From Scenedesmus sp. PABB004 (taxonomy: Eukaryota): 64,000 nt of DNA. This document shows, in pieces, positions 23,978-35,722 of the stretch (positions are counted from its first letter, which is position 1; each line of letters begins with the position of its first letter). A program made the position numbers and the translations under genes. The notes beneath the pieces are model-generated. The model saw only the letters and a list, made by a program, of their open reading frames with translations, was not told the DNA's origin and did no database searches. The stretch lies in the NCBI GenBank assembly GCA_014905635.1, contig JABVCE010000021.1, positions 310,001 to 374,000 on the forward strand. Reading direction: 5' to 3'.

Positions 23978-26019
23978 ATGATGATGATGGACTGCTGCTG
24001 CACCAGCCCGCTGCACGGCGACTTCATCGCTGCGCACGGCAGCGCCGTCGCGGCAGAGGCGGCGCGCGGCGCGGCGGCGGCCGCGCTCGCAGCGCGCGGC
24101 AAGGCGGCCGCCGCCGCGCGCGCCGCGATGCAGCGCCAGCCGCCGGCGCGGCGCCCCGCGCCGGCCGAGCGCTGCGCGAGCGACTCGTCGGGCGGCAGCG
24201 CGGCGAGCACGGTCGCGGCGACGCAAGCATATGGCGGCGCCGCGCCGGCGCCGGGCCAGGCGGCCGCCATGGCCGCCGCCACCGCCGACGGCACCAGCAG
24301 GCGCGGTACGGCCCTGTACCGTGCGTACCGCGCCGGCGTGACCACCCGCGCGGCGGCGCGCCTGGCGGCCGCGCAGCAGCAGCAGCAGCAGCAGGAGGAG
24401 CAGCAGCAGGAGCAGCAGCAGCAGGCCGCCGCCGCCGCCGCCGCGGCTGCGGAGGAGGAGGCGCGCGACGACGGCGACAGCGCCGCCATGTGCCTGTGCG
24501 AGGAGGGGGGCCTCTCGCCCCAGGGCTCCTGCAGCCCCGCGGCCGCGCACGACCCCATGCAGCTGGACGGCGCGGCGCCGCAGCCGCACGCGGCGCGCCG
24601 CCGGAGCGCGGCAGCGCCGCGCCGGACCGCGACGCCGGCGCCGACGCCGTCACGGCCGCGGCCAAGCGCTCGGTCGTGCTGCAGCTGCTGCACCGCGCCG
24701 CGAGCGCCGCGCGCGGCTGGGGGCGGCCCGTGCTGGGCGCGACGCGCGCGCAGGCGGCCGCCGCGGGCGCGCTGACGGCCCGCACGCGCCTGCTGGTGGC
24801 CGAGGTTGCCGTCTACCGCTCCCCCGCCGACTGCGCCAGCGCCGCAGGTGCGGCCGCGCCCACCCAGCACGCCGCCGCGCGCACCTCGCGCCCGCCTCGC
24901 CCCCGCGGGCCGCGCGCACCACTCGCGCCCGCCCTACGCGCGGCCCTCTGCCCCGCGCCGCGGCCCTCTGCCCCGCGCCCGCGGCCCTCTGCCTGCAGCC
25001 CTGGCGCACGCCAACGCCCTCATGCACATGATGGCGCTGCCGGGTGCGCGCGCCTCGCGCCCCGGGCAGCACGGCCGCCGCGCGCCCTCACCCGGCCGCC
25101 ACCCCATGCCCGGGCCGCGCCGCGCCGCCCGCGCCGCCGGGCAGACGGCGTGGCCTACATGCCGGTGGACCTGCGCAGCTTCTACGCCGCCGTCGCGGCG
25201 CGCTGGGCCTTCCCCGCCTTCCCCATCGCGCTGGGCAGCAGCTACTTCCAGCGCCTGCTCGTCCGCCTGCCCCAGGTCGCCGCCGCGGCGCTGGCATGCC
25301 CCGAGTATGAGCCCTACTGCGCCGCCACGCTGCCCAAGCAGGCGAGGCGCCTTAAGCTTGCGCCGCCGCGCCGCGCACGCACGCGCGCCCACGCCAGGCC
25401 GCCGCCGCCGCCGCAGCAGCTGGCGGCGTGGCGCGCCGAGGCGGCGGCCGGGCGCGGCGGCGCGGGCGACGCCGACGCCGGCGCGGCCGACGCGCGGCGG
25501 CAGCTGCTGCGCATGGTGCAGATAACCTGCCTCTTCCTGGCGCTCAAGGTGGCGGCAGGCTGCCCGCGCGCCCGCGCCCGCGCGCGCGCCGCGCCGTACC
25601 GCCGCTGACGCTGACGCTGACGCTGCGAGCGCCGCTGCGCGCGGCGCAGGTCGCCGACACACAGCACGCGCTCGGCCTGCTGCGCTTCTGCCTCAGCCAG
25701 CTCGCGGGCGGCGTTCCGGTGAGCCGCGGCTACGCTGAGGACATGGAGGCCACCGTGCTGCGCGCGCTGGGCTGGCGCCTGGGGCCGTACTTCGCAGAGG
25801 ACGACGTGAGCCGGCGCGGGGGCGCGCCACGGGGCGGGGCGCGCGCAGCGGGGCGCGCGGGGACGGTGCGCGGCGCGCGGGGACGGCGGCGGGGCAGGGT
25901 GCGCGGGGACGGCGCGCGCGGCGCGTCAGGGACCGCCGCCGCCGCTGGCGCCGCCGCAGCTGGCTGGCAACGACGAGGAGGCCTGGGCCGAGGCGGTCGT
26001 GGGCGCGGGCTGCGCGTGA
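23978..26019 (+). CDS. Divergent cyclin (cyclin N-terminal box), possibly D-type-related
   Basis: Cyclin-box helices IALGSSYFQRLL, VQITCLFLALK|VAD and AEDMEATVLRALGWRLGP. Long low-complexity N-terminus. Apparent frameshift near 24590. Confidence 0.65.
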
Positions 26020-27225
26020 GCGCGCGCCCGCCTCCCCAGGGCGCGCGCGCCGCCGCCGCCAGGGGCAAACAGGGCCGCGCAGGCCGGCGGCGCGCAGGCC
26101 CCGCGCCGCCGCGCCCGCCGCCCCGAACGTGCGGCGTCGCGGCGGCGCGGCGGCCCGCGCACAGAACGGCCGCAGCCCGCGGCGGCCCCCAAACAGGCCC
26201 GGGCGCTGGGAGGAGCGCCGCCAGCAGCGAATGAGCAGGCAGGCACCTGTACCTAGACGGCGGGGGGCGGGGGGGGGGGGGCATTCTTGTCTGCGCGCGC
26301 GCGCACGGCCGCGGCGCGCCGTCGCCCACATGACCGGGCGGCGGCGCCCCGCGCGCCCTAGGGCCTGTCGCGCGGCGCTGTAGGGCACTCGCGGGGGCGG
26401 GGCGATGGCTTGGGTGGGGGCCGCAAAGCACTAGATCAGATGGCATGCGGCTGACGGCGCCCGCGCGCCGTCAGCAGGGGATGGGGGGGTCATCCGAGGC
26501 ACTGCACTCTCGCTGCATCGGCACTGCAGAGCAGGCAGACAGGCAGACAGGCCAGGCAGGCAGGCGGGCAGGCGGGGGCGCGCGCGGGCGCGCGCGGCTT
26601 TTGTGCCAGCGTCGGCAGCAGCAGCGCGCGGTAGCTGGCCAGCAGGCGGGCGCGCCCCGGGCTTCTCTCGCTGCGGCCCCATGCGCCGCAGCGGCACGCA
26701 CTGGCATTCCTCGCGCTCACGCCCCGCGTGAGGCGCATCGGTCGATCCGTCGCTCTGTCGCCGCCGCCAGGCACGCGGCGGTCTCCAGGCGCGGCCTGCG
26801 CGGGATGCGTTTGTTTGCCCTTCGTGCCCCGGCTGCGGAAGCTGCGCGCACGCACAGCACGGGCGGCGCGCGCGGCCGGAGGTGCGTGCGGTGGGGGGTC
26901 TTCGCTTGCGCGTCGTTCGTTCGAACATTGCCGGCGCCGCATTGGCGGCCGCGTGGTGGGTGGCAGGTCGGTTGCGCCCGTGCTCCAGCAGCGTGCGTGT
27001 GGTGTGAATGCGCTTGTGTGGGCGCTGCGGTGAACGCGCGCGTGTGGGCGACGCCGGCGTCGCTCGAGGTCCCCCTCCAAAGTGCCTGCGTGTTGCTTTG
27101 CTTTTTTCTTTTGCTCGGCCGCCGCCCCAGCGCGCGGCCGACCGCTCTCTTCTCCCTAGTCGCCGCCACGGGCGCGCGCTGCGCGCTGCGCCGAGTTGCA
27201 ACAGGCAGTTGCACGTTACCGCCCA

Positions 27226-28687
27226 TCAGGCACGCGACGCGTCGCCGCCGCGCGCGAGGGGCATGCTCAGCTGCTGTGGCTTGTTGCGCCGGCAGCCGAC
27301 CAGCAGGAACGTCACGCAAAAGTGCGGCCTGCCGCCGCCCGGCGGCGCCTCGCCCTCGCCTGCCACTGGCTCGCTGGTGCCGTCGCCCGCCGCGCCGTCG
27401 CCCGCCGCGCCGCCGCTGCCGCCGGCCGGCTGCTGCTGCTGGCCCGCCGCCGCCTCGCGGGGCCTGGTCCAGAAGCCCAGCAGCACCGCGGCCAGGTCCT
27501 CCGGCCCCTCGCGGCCCTCCTGGCCGCGCAGCAGGCCGCGCGCGAGCGTGATGGCCTCGACGGCCTTGATCGACGTGAGCGCGCCGTTGAGGCTGCTCAC
27601 CTGCGCCCAGCCGCGCAGCTGCACGCTGCGCGCGGCCGCCGCCGCGACGCGCCGCGGGTCGCTGCTGGTGCGGACGCTGACGCCGCCGGCGGCGGCGGCG
27701 GCGGCGCTCCCCGCCGAGGCCACGGGCCCCAGCGCCGCCTCGCGCGCCGCAAGCGCCGCGCGCAGCGGCGCCGAGTCCGCCGCGAGTTTGACGGCGTACA
27801 GCACGCGAGCCCCCTCCGGCAGCTCCGGCGGCGCGACCATCACGCCGTGCACCTGCCGCACGCGGGGCGGGCGGCCGCGCGGCGGTCAGCAGCACGAGGG
27901 CGGCGCTGCACGCGACGGGCGAAGGCAACCACGCCTGCTCTGCCAGCCCGCGAGCCCGCGCCGCGACACACCTGCAGCGGCTGGAAGGCGAGCACGCGCT
28001 GCTGCCCCGCCGAGACCTCAGCGGCCGCAGGCGGCTCAGCAGCCTGCGGCTCCGCAGCCTGCGGCTCCGCCGGCGGCGCGCCGCGCTTGCGGCCGGCGTG
28101 GGTGCCGTCCAGCATCGCTGCTGCGAGGCTGAGCACGTTGAGCGCCTTGGGCACGTCCCCGGGCGCGCGCGCGACGATGCGGGTGCGCGGCTCGTGGCCG
28201 CCGCCTGCTGCTGCGTCCAGGTCGGCGACGACGCGTGCCGCCGCCGCGGCCGCGCGCGTGTCGGCGCCGACGCCCACGATGCCGCGGCTCGGCGTGTCCG
28301 GGTCGCGCCACGCGCGCGCGCGGCGCCGGATGCGCTCGCGCGTGCGCGCCGCGCCTGCCGCCTTGGCCTTGGCGGCGGCGGCGGCCTCCGCCTGCTGCTC
28401 CGCCGCCCCGCAGCCGCCGCCGCGGCGCCGGGCTCGCCGGCGGCCGCCGGCGCGGGCGGGCTGCCGCCGGGAGGCGCGGGTGCTACCGCCGGCGCGCCCG
28501 CCGCCTCCTGTGGCGCGGCGGCGGCCGCGCGCGAGCGCCGCGGCGTCGACGCCGGCGGCGCCAGCGCGGCGCGGCGGCTGGCCGCCGCGCCTCGCGGCTG
28601 CGGCGCGCGCAGCGGCGCGCCGGCCCTGCCGCCCCTGCTGCAGCTGCCGAGCGGTCCGGGGCCGCCCGGGAGGCGCGCCGAGAGCAT
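27226..28687 (-). CDS. Tandem SpoVS-like (Alba-fold) domain protein, putative organellar
   Basis: Two exons, intron 27853-27971. Domain 2 SVRTSSDPRRVAAAAARSVQLRGWAQVSSLNGALTSIKAVEAITLARGLL follows the SpoVS pattern (KVSxxSxPxSVAGA...A+KA+AIARG). Domain 1 IVGVGADT...RIVARAPGDVPKALNVLSLA...LAFQP is a weaker copy. Apparent frameshift near 28400. Confidence 0.6.
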
Positions 28688-28968
28688 GGCTGCGCAGGCC
28701 GCTGGCGGCGGCGGGCGTGCCGGCGGGCTGCGGCGGCGGGCGCTCTGTGCGTGCGTGCGCTGGCGCGCTGATGCGGGAGCGATCTCGGGGACTGGTGGCG
28801 GGTGCGGACCGCAGCCAGCGCCGTCGCAGGGCTCAGCGGCGCCTGACAGCAGCAGCGGGCGGCTCGCTGCGCCCGCTTTATCGCATCACACACGCTGCCT
28901 CCACAGCGGTCTCCACCACCGCGCCGCGCCAGCAGGCCGCCTCTCCCGAGCGGCAGCACTCGCCCGCG

Positions 28969-29823
28969 ATGCAGCAGCTCCAGCTCCAGCAGCGGCGCCC
29001 GCTGCGCGCCGCGCCCCAGGCCGGCGGCAGCAGGTGCGGGACGGTTCCGCGAGCGCTGGGGTGTGCGCAGCCGCCGGCGCCCTCACGCGCTGCTGCCGGG
29101 CGCCGCGATGCGCAGGTCTCGGCCGCTGCGGCTGGCCTGCGCAGCCTCCGCGCAGGCCACCAAGTGCGTGGGCGGGGAGGGCGGGGCCCGCGCGATGCAT
29201 GGGCGCCGGCGCGGCCCCACGGCGGCGCTGCGCGGCGGCGCGCGGCGGCTGTTGCCGCCGGCGGCGGGGGTTGCTGCTGCCGCGCCGCCGCTGCTGGGCG
29301 TTGAGTGAGCGCGTCCCTGCCGCGGTCCACAGGCCCAAGGTGAACATCAACTGGGACAACCTCGGCTTCGGCCTGCAGGATGTCGCGCAGGTGCGAGCCG
29401 GCGGCGGCGGCGGCGGCGCGGCGGCGCCCCGCCCGCGCCCAGCCCCGGCCGCCGGCGCCGCGCGCAGACGATGTACGTGACGGAGTGGACCGAGGGCAAG
29501 GGCTGGGACAAGGGCGCGCTGAAGCCGTACGGTCCGCTGCAGATGATGCCGAGCGCGCAGGTGGGCCGCGGCGGCAGCGGCGGCAGCAGCGGCGGCGGCG
29601 GCGACGGCCGGCTCGGCCCGGGCGGCGCGGCAGCGCCCGGGGCGGCAGCGCGCGCGCGCGACGCCGCGCCGTGCCGGCGTGGCCGCAGGTGCTCAACTAC
29701 GGGCAGTCTGTGTTTGAGGGCATGAAGGCCCAGCGCACCGCCAGCGGCGACATCGTGCTCTTCAGGCGCGGCGGCCGGCGGCCGGCGGCGCGGCGCGGCG
29801 CGGCGCGGCGGCGGGCAGCAGCG

Positions 29824-29862
<39 letters not shown>

Positions 29863-31246
29863 AGCGCCCGACCGCGCCCCGCGCGCCCCCGCGCGCAGGC
29901 CCGACAAGAACGCCGCGCGCATCGCCGCCGGCGCGGCGCGGCTGAGCATGCCGGCCGTGCCGGAGGAGCAGTTTGTGCAGGCGCTCTCGGACACCGTGCG
30001 CGCAAACGCAGGTGCGCGCCGCCGCCGCCGCCGCCTCGCCGTCCGGGCTCGGCGCGCTCCGCCCGCGCGCGGCGCTGGCGGCAGCCGGACCAGCGGCGGC
30101 GGCGGCCGGGCAGCCGCTGCGCGGCGCGCCGCCCACACCGCCGCGGCGGCCGCGCCGCAGACTGGGTGCCGCCCCTGGGCAAGGGCAGCCTCTACCTGCG
30201 CCCGCTGCTGCTCGGCAGCGGGCCGATCCTGGGCCTCGGCCCCGCGCCGAGCTACACCTTCACCGTCTTTGGCGCCGCGGTCGGCTCCTACTTCAAGGCG
30301 CGCCGCCGCCGCCGCCCGCCGTCCGCTGCCGCCTCTGTCCCTCGCCGCCCCGGCCCGCCGCGCTCCCATCAAACGCCCGCGGGCCCGCCTCCTCCCGCCC
30401 CGCCCCCTCACGCCGCCCTCCCGCCGCCGCCGTCCTCCCGCCGCGGCGCAGAGCGGGCAGCTGACGCCGATCGACCTCATCGTCGAGGAGCACTTCCACC
30501 GCGCCGCGCCGGGCGGCATGGGCGGCACCAAGGCCGCCGGCAACTACTCGCCCGTGCTCGTCACGCAGCTCGCGGCCAAGCGGGACAACTACGCCGACGT
30601 CGTGTACCTCGACGCAAAGACCGACACCTACCTGGAGGAGGTCAGCAGCTGCAACATCTTTGTGCGCCGCGGCAACGTCATCAAGACGCCCCCGCTCGCG
30701 GGCACGATCCTGCCGGGTGCGCGCCGCGCGGTCGGCGCCGCGCCGGCGCCGCAGACGCCGCGCCGCAGACGCTCTGCGCCTCAGCGGCCGCGCCGGCGCT
30801 CACGCTGTCGCTGCCGCGCCGCGGGTCACGCAGGCGTGACGCGGGACAGCATCATCACGCTCGCGCGCTCGCTGGGCTACGAGGTGCACGAGGAGAAGGT
30901 GCCCATCACAGAGGCCATGGAGGTGCGGCGGCGGCGCGGCAGGCGGCCGGCGCCGGGCAGCGCCGGCGCGGTGGCGCGCGGTGGGCGGCCGGCGCCGCGC
31001 GCGGCAGGCGCGCGCTCACGCGCACCGCCGCCGTGCGCGCGCCGCCGGCAGGCGGACGAGGTCTTCACGACCGGCACAGCGGTCGTGGTGTGCTCGGTGG
31101 GCAGCCTAACGTACCGCGGCACGCGCAAGGCGTTTGCCGCCGAGGGCGCTGCCGGCAGCACCGCGCTGCAGCTCTACGAGGCGCTGACCAAGCTGCAGAC
31201 GGGGCAGGCGGAGGACCCGTTCGGCTGGGTGTACAAGGTCTGCTGA
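28969..31246 (+). CDS. BCAT: Branched-chain amino acid aminotransferase (class IV PLP), organellar
   Basis: INWDNLGFGL, VLNYGQSVFEGMKA, LFR|PDKNA, SLYLRPLL, GGTKAAGNY (PLP lysine), YLEEVSSCNIF, ILPG|VTRDS, ADEVFTTGTAVVV, EDPFGWV. Confidence 0.95.
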
Positions 31247-31329
31247 GCCGCCCGCGGGGGGCGACGCGCGGCCCGGGCGGGCGCGCGGGCAGGCGGGGCA
31301 GCGTCACGTGGCGCGGCGGCGGGCACCGC

Positions 31330-31334
31330 TGTAA
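31330..31334 (+). promoter_or_regulatory. TGTAA chlorophyte polyadenylation signal (BCAT 3' UTR)
   Basis: TGTAA about 85 nt after the stop codon, in a short intergenic gap. Confidence 0.6.
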
Positions 31335-31475
31335 AACACAGGCAGGCCGCGCCCACGCTGTCTGCCTCCCCCGTCCGCTCACACGGGGGTCGCGAGCTGC
31401 CGGCCAGCGAGCAGCCGCCAGCGAGCCCACCGGGCGGGCAGCAGCACCCAGCCGAAAGCGGCCGCGGCAGCCGCC

Positions 31476-32519
31476 ATGCAGCAGCTGCCGCAGCGCGCGC
31501 CGCCCGCGCGCTGCCGTGCTGCCTCCGGGTCGAAAGCATCCCGGGCAACGCAACGCGACCATCGCCGGCGCGGCTCCTGCGTCGTGCGCGCGGCGGCGGC
31601 GGCGGCAGCAGCGGCGGTCGGCATCGACCTCGGGACCACCAACTCGGTCGTGGCCGTGCTGCGCGCCGGCGAGGCCGCACCCACGGTGCTGCGCGACGGC
31701 AGCGGCGCCTTCACGGTGCCGTCGGTGGTCGCCTACGGCCCCGACGGCAGCGTGGCGGTCGGTCAGCCGGCGAAGCAGCGCGCCGCCGCCGCGCCGCGCT
31801 CCACGCTCTACAGCGTGAAGCGCCTCATGGGCCGGCGCTGGTCGGAGGTGCAGAGCCTGGGCCTCGTCTACGAGACGCAGCCGGACGCCGACGGCGGCGT
31901 CACGCTGCGCGTCCCTGGCCGGCAGCAGCCACTGTCGCCGCCGGAGGTGCGGCGCGGCGGGGCGCGGCGCGGCGCGGCGCCAGCTGGGTGGGAGCGGCGG
32001 CCGCAGCAGCAGCAGCAGCGCCAACGCGGCCCCCCCGCCGCTGCCAGGTGTCCGCGGAGCTGCTGCGCCACCTGCTGGCGATGGCCAGCGCGCACCTGGG
32101 GGGCGAGGCGCCGCAGCAGGTCGTCATCACGGTGCCCGCCTACTTTGGGCCGCAGCAGCGCGCGGCGACGCTCGAGGCGGCGCGCCTGGCGGGCATCCAG
32201 CAGGTGCGGCGCCGCCCCGGCGCGTGCCGCGCCGCAGCGCAGCGGCACGCTGGCGCTCGGCCCACCCGCGCGTCCGGCGCCGCGCCGCAGGCGTCCCTGC
32301 TGGCGGAGCCCGTCGCAGCGGCGCTCGCGTTTGGGTTTGGCAAGCTGCGCGAGGCCGAGACGCTGCTCGTCTTTGACCTCGGCGGCGGCACGTACGACCT
32401 GTCTGTCGTCGACTCGTTCGAAGGCATCATGGAGGTGCTCTCCACCGGCGGCGACGCCGCGCTCGGCGGCGACGACTTTGACGCCGCGCTCGCCGACGCG
32501 CTGCTCGCCGACGCGCTCC

Positions 32520-32592
<73 letters not shown>

Positions 32593-33237
32593 GGCGGCGG
32601 CGGCGGCGCGGCGCTCGCGCCCGAGGCGCGCGCGGCGCTGCTCGCGGCGGCCGAGGCGGCCAAGGTCGCGCTCAGCGACGCGCCCGAGGCGGCGGTGCCG
32701 CTCGCGCCGCCCGCCGCGGCCGCACTGGCGGGCGGCGCCGGCGGCGCGGCCGCCGGCGGGCAGCCGGCGCAGCTGCGCCTCACGCGCCCGCAGCTGCACG
32801 CCGCGACCGCGGCGCTGCGGGAGCGGCTGTGGGCGCCGCTGGCCGCCGTCGCGGACGACTGCAAGCTCGCGTTTGAGTGCGAGCCGGGCAGCATCGAAGC
32901 GCGCCTGGCAGCGGCGGACGGGGGCAGCCAACGCCGCGGCGGCGGCGGCGGCCACGGCAGCGGCGCCGGCCAAGGCGCGCCCGCCGACCCCTACGCGCCC
33001 AAGCCGCGCAAGCTGAGCGCGGTGCTGCTCGTCGGCGGCGCTACGCGCATGCCCATCCTGCAGGCGGGCCTCGCGCAGCTCACGGGCCTGGCGCCGCGGT
33101 GCGAGGTCGACCCCGAGCAGGCCGTCGCGCTGGGCGCGGCGATTCAGGCGGCGGTGCTGCTGGGGCTCACCAGCGGCATTGAGGTCATGGACGGCAGCTA
33201 CGTCCAAGGCCAGCACGCGCGCGCGACCGGGTTTTGA
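31476..33237 (+). CDS. Atypical Hsp70/DnaK family protein (ATPase domain only), putative plastid
   Basis: [90 protein letters not shown]. The stop comes about 20 aa after the linker. 2 introns; frameshift near 32605. Confidence 0.88.
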
Positions 33238-33525
33238 CGGCGGCGGGGTTCTAGGTGCCGGCGGCGCCGGCTTTGCATGTGAGCGGTGCGCCGGGCTACC
33301 CGGCAACCGTTCGGGGGCGGCTCGTCGTCTGCACATCACCCAGCAGTCTGCAGCGAGCGTTGCGGGCCGTCGACAGCACTGCTGCTGCGCAGGCGCCAGG
33401 AGCAGCACCGACAGCGTGCCGCGAACGGCACGGCGTCTGACTGCCCGGCAATCGTGAGCTCGGCGCGAGCGCCAGGGGCCGTCAGCGGCCGGGGCGCGCC
33501 GCCCATGCGGTCGCGCCGCGGCTGA

Positions 33526-35351
33526 ATGCTCGCGGCGGCGCGCCGGAGCGGCACCAGCACCGCCCCTGGCGCGCCCCGGTCACAGCAGCGACGCCATGCC
33601 GCCGTCGTGGTCAGCGCAGCGCGCAGCAGACGCAGCAGCGGTAGCGGCGCTGCCAGCAGCACGGCCGCTGCGCCGTCCTGCGCGGGCCCCGTCGCTGCCA
33701 GCGACGCGCCGGCCGGATGCCAGCTGCTGCTTCCCGCGGCTGACAGCAGGCGCCGCCGCCGTCGGGCGGCGGCCCCCGCGCCGCGCGGGGGCGGCGCGCC
33801 AGCGCCGCCCGCCTGCAGCACGCCGCCGGCCAGCCCGCCGGCGCAGCGCCCGCCGGCCCCGCCCGGTGCGCCCGCTGCCGCGCCTGCTGCACCTGCGGCG
33901 CGCATGAACTCCGTGCAGCGCGTCATCAGGATTGCGCAGCTGCAGAGGCAGCGCGCCGGCGCCGGGGCCGGGGCGGCACCCATGGCGTCGGGCGGCGGGC
34001 AGCAGCACCAGCAGCAGCACCAGCAGCAGCAGCACCACCAGCAGCAGCCGCCACGGCCGGCGGCGGCGCTGCCGGCGCACGAGGTGCTCGTCGGCGAGGC
34101 GGCGGCGCGCAACCCCGTCTACCGTCGAATCCGGCTGCAGGAGCTCCGCCAGCGCCTCGCGCTGCGCCTGCGCGGCCCCGCGCTGCAGCAGCAGCTGCAG
34201 CAGCTGCGCGGGGCGGACGGCAGCGCGCCGCCCGGCGCCGGCGCGGCGGCCGCGCGTGGCGGCAGCCGGGGCCCCACGCAGGGCCTGAACAGCGTCGAGC
34301 GGAAAATACGCATGGCTCACCTACAACTCGCTATCCAGCGGCGGCGGGCGCTGGCGCCCGCCAGCGCGGCAGGGGCGCGGCCGGGGGCCGAGTCGGAGCT
34401 GGTGGAGCAGCTCGCCGCGGCCGGCGTGCCCCGGCGCGCCGTGGAGTCGCTGCTGGTCGTGGCGGACAGCACGCCCGCCGTGCTGCCCCGCCTGCGCGCG
34501 CTCGCGGAGCTGCTGGGCCTCCCCTCCGTCGCCGCGGCCGCGCGGGTGATGGCGCTGCAGCCCAACCTCCTCGCACGCCGCCCGGAGACGCTCGCGTGCG
34601 CGCGGCCGCGCGACGCCGCGCGGCGCCGCGCGGCGCGCGGGCGCGGCCGCCGCCGCGCCTGCCGCTGACGCCGCGCACGCGCGCCCCGCCCCGCCGACCC
34701 CGCCACGCCCGCCGCCACGACCGCAGGCGCAACGTCGCCGACCTGTGCGCCGCGCTGGGCCTGCCGCGGCCCGCCGTGTGCCGCCTGCTGCGCGCCTTCC
34801 CGGCCGCGCTCGACCTGGCGCCGTCGACCGTCGCGGCGCACGCGGAGGGGCTCGCCGCCGCGCTCGGCCTGCCGCTGCCCGAGGCCCTGGCCGTCGCGGC
34901 GCGCTGCCCGCGGCTGCTGGGCCTGCCAGCGCGCAGCCTCGGCGCCAAGCTGGACGCGCTCGCGGCCGCGCTGGAGCTCGACGCGGCGGGCGCGCGCGCG
35001 CTCGCCGCCGCCTTCCCCGCGTTGCTCGGCCTGAGCCCAGCCACGCTCTCGGCCAAGTGGGCGCGCCTGGCCGGCCTCGCGGCCGCGCGGCCCGACTGGG
35101 CGGCGCAGCTCGCCGCGCTGCGCGCGCCCGCGCGGCGCCGCAGCCTCGGCCGCCTGCTCGCCGCCGGGCCGGGCGTGGTCGACCGGCTGCAGTTCCTGCT
35201 GGACGCCGGCGGCGCCGGCGGGGGCAGCCTCGCGTCGGTCCTCGTCGCGCCGGCGTCGGCGTTTGACGCCGCGCAGCCGGCGTTTGTGCTCTGGCGCCTG
35301 TCGCGCCGCCGCCGGCAGAGCGCCGGCAGCGGCGGCCAGCAGGGCGCGTGA
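33526..35351 (+). CDS. mTERF-like helical-repeat protein
   Basis: Repeats of about 35 aa: LQPNLL...L, FPAALDL...V, CPRLLGL...L, FPALLGLS...L. Intron 34596-34726. Long transit-peptide-like/low-complexity N-terminus. Confidence 0.6.
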
Positions 35352-35722
35352 CCAGCAGAGAACCAGCAGCGGGCGTGACGGCGGCGGCGCGCGGGGACAG
35401 GCCGGCTCCAGGCGGCGCGGCGGCGCGGCGGAGGCTCGCGCGGTGTGGAGTTCTCTGCGAATTGTGTTACTTCACCCCTCGAGCACGCGCTCCCGGGGGT
35501 CGCCGCGCCCCCCCGCGGCGTGTTGTGGTGGATCCGCAAGCTCCGTAGGCACGCGCGGCAGCATTGCGACGTGCCGCAGTCCGAGGCAGATACTGTTCAA
35601 CACCGCGCCGCCCGCTCCGGCCGCCAAACGCCCAGCGCGTCCGCGCCGAAGCGACCCACGGATGTGCTGAGCGCGTCACGGGGGTCGCGCGTCGGCGGCG
35701 GGCGCTGGCGCGCCGAATCACC

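Noticed and set aside
26020..27225. ORFs in the gap between the cyclin-like and SpoVS-like genes
   Set aside because: No coding-like codon pattern or motifs; probably convergent 3' UTRs.
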